A stretch of 64,000 bases of DNA. It comes from Eledone cirrhosa. Lineage: Eukaryota. The stretch is taken from contig OZ024741.1 in the NCBI GenBank assembly GCA_964016885.1, positions 333,126,001 to 333,190,000 of the forward strand, written 5' to 3'. Within the stretch, counting starts at the first letter, position 1. Every line of letters begins with the position of its first letter. A program made the position numbers and the translations under genes. Below the pieces are notes generated by a model that was given only the letters and a program-made list of their open reading frames with translations, was not told the origin of the DNA and made no database searches. This document shows, in pieces, positions 62,759-64,000 of this stretch.

Positions 62759-64000
62759 GAAATATGAATCTGCGAGCTACCAAGCACCCACGTGAAGCGC
62801 CAACCCAGAGACCCTCCCCTACGAGTGTCGACAAATGCCCAAAACTCCGAGTTGGTACCATCAATGTAGGCTCAATGAAAGGAAGAGCAGGAGAAATCGT
62901 AGAAATGCTAGAGCGAAAGGAAGTTGATGTATGCTGTGTGCAAGAGACTAGATGGAGAGGAGGGTCTGCTAGAGTCCTTGTAGGAAAAAGCCAGTGCTAC
63001 AAATTTTTCTGGGTGGGAAATGACGATGGGATGGGTGGTGTAGGTATACTATTAGCTGACAAGTGGGTAGATAAAGTAATCTCAGTGTACAGGGTAAATG
63101 CAAGAATCATTAAACTTAGACTAGTCCTGAATAAGACAATTACCACAATAATATCAGCTTACGCACCCCAATCGGGGCTGCCAGACGAACTTAAGGATAG
63201 GTTTTACGAGTCCCTAATACACACTACTGCTCTAACAGACGACAAGGACTTCCTAATCATTGCAGGAGATTTTAACGGACACGTAGGTAAACACTGCGAC
63301 GGCTTCAATAGAGTACATGGAGGCCATGGAGTTGGCACAAGGAATGAGGAAGGATTCAGACTTCTAGAATTCTGCGACGCCAATGACATGTCGATATGTA
63401 ACACAAACTTTAAAAAACCCGACAACCACCTGATCACCTATAGATCAGGGGAGCACTCTAGTCAGTTAGATTTTATCCTCATCAGAGGACGTGACAGATG
63501 GACGGTCGTAAACACAAAAGCCTTCCCTAGTGAGGAATGTACATCCCAACATAGCTTAGTTGTCAGCGACCTCACGGTCAGAACTAGACGAGCCCTGAAA
63601 CAGAGGCCAACCTGGAGAAGAAAGATCTGGAAGCTGAAAGTCCCCTCAACCAGTAACAGATTTAAAGATATTTTACTCAACGCCTACAACAGTAAAGAAG
63701 AACAGATAAAGACATTTAACGTAGAAGAGAACTGGGAGTTCCTAAAAAATAACTTACTAGAGGCGACGGATGAGGTTTGTGGCTGGAGTAAGACCTCAAG
63801 CAGGAGGAGAGTGACTTGGTGGTGGAACAATAAGGTAGATGAAGCAGTCAAGGCCAAGAGACAGGCATGGAAAGAATGGAAGAACGGGGGGAGCAGGGTA
63901 CATTACATAGAGACCAAGAGGGAAGCTAGGCGACAAGTATACTTAGCTAGGAGGGAAGCAGAGGATAGAAAATTCAAGCATGTTTTACAACGTGAGGACC
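62757..64000 (+). mobile_element. Second RTE-A copy, 5'-truncated just upstream of the ATG (62764), open to window end
   Basis: Matches 39072 onward with only about 4 substitutions seen over ~1.24 kb; begins directly out of (TA)n. Confidence 0.95.

Overview
Eukaryotic, gene-poor, extremely repeat-rich DNA with one 200-N assembly gap (32228-32427). The (TA)n/(CA)n seas, RTE LINEs and tRNA-derived SINEs resemble octopus/cephalopod genomes (inference only). No host protein-coding gene can be supported; nearly all ORFs in the track are microsatellite artefacts. Real coding content is retrotransposon-derived. It comprises one intact 1039-aa RTE-clade LINE ORF (APE endonuclease + RT, 39079-42198) plus a near-identical second copy running off the window end, three fragments of a second RTE family, and two CR1/L2-type RT fragments. 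Four observations stand out. (1) The intact RTE carries a canonical PHD finger inserted inside its RT and is directly preceded by a 3.1-kb array of 325-410-bp monomers that appears to be its 5' UTR. (2) About 15 type-I hammerhead ribozyme motifs from roughly 8 small non-coding families (Penelope pLTR/retrozyme-like) sit in (TA)n tracts, many as long fold-back palindromes; they include a circularly permuted ~490-nt unit and a U3-A8 core variant. (3) Three copies of a hairpin element have arms that co-vary copy by copy, pointing to fold-back synthesis at insertion. (4) LINE and SINE 3' modules are shared. All structures were read by eye and need computational confirmation.
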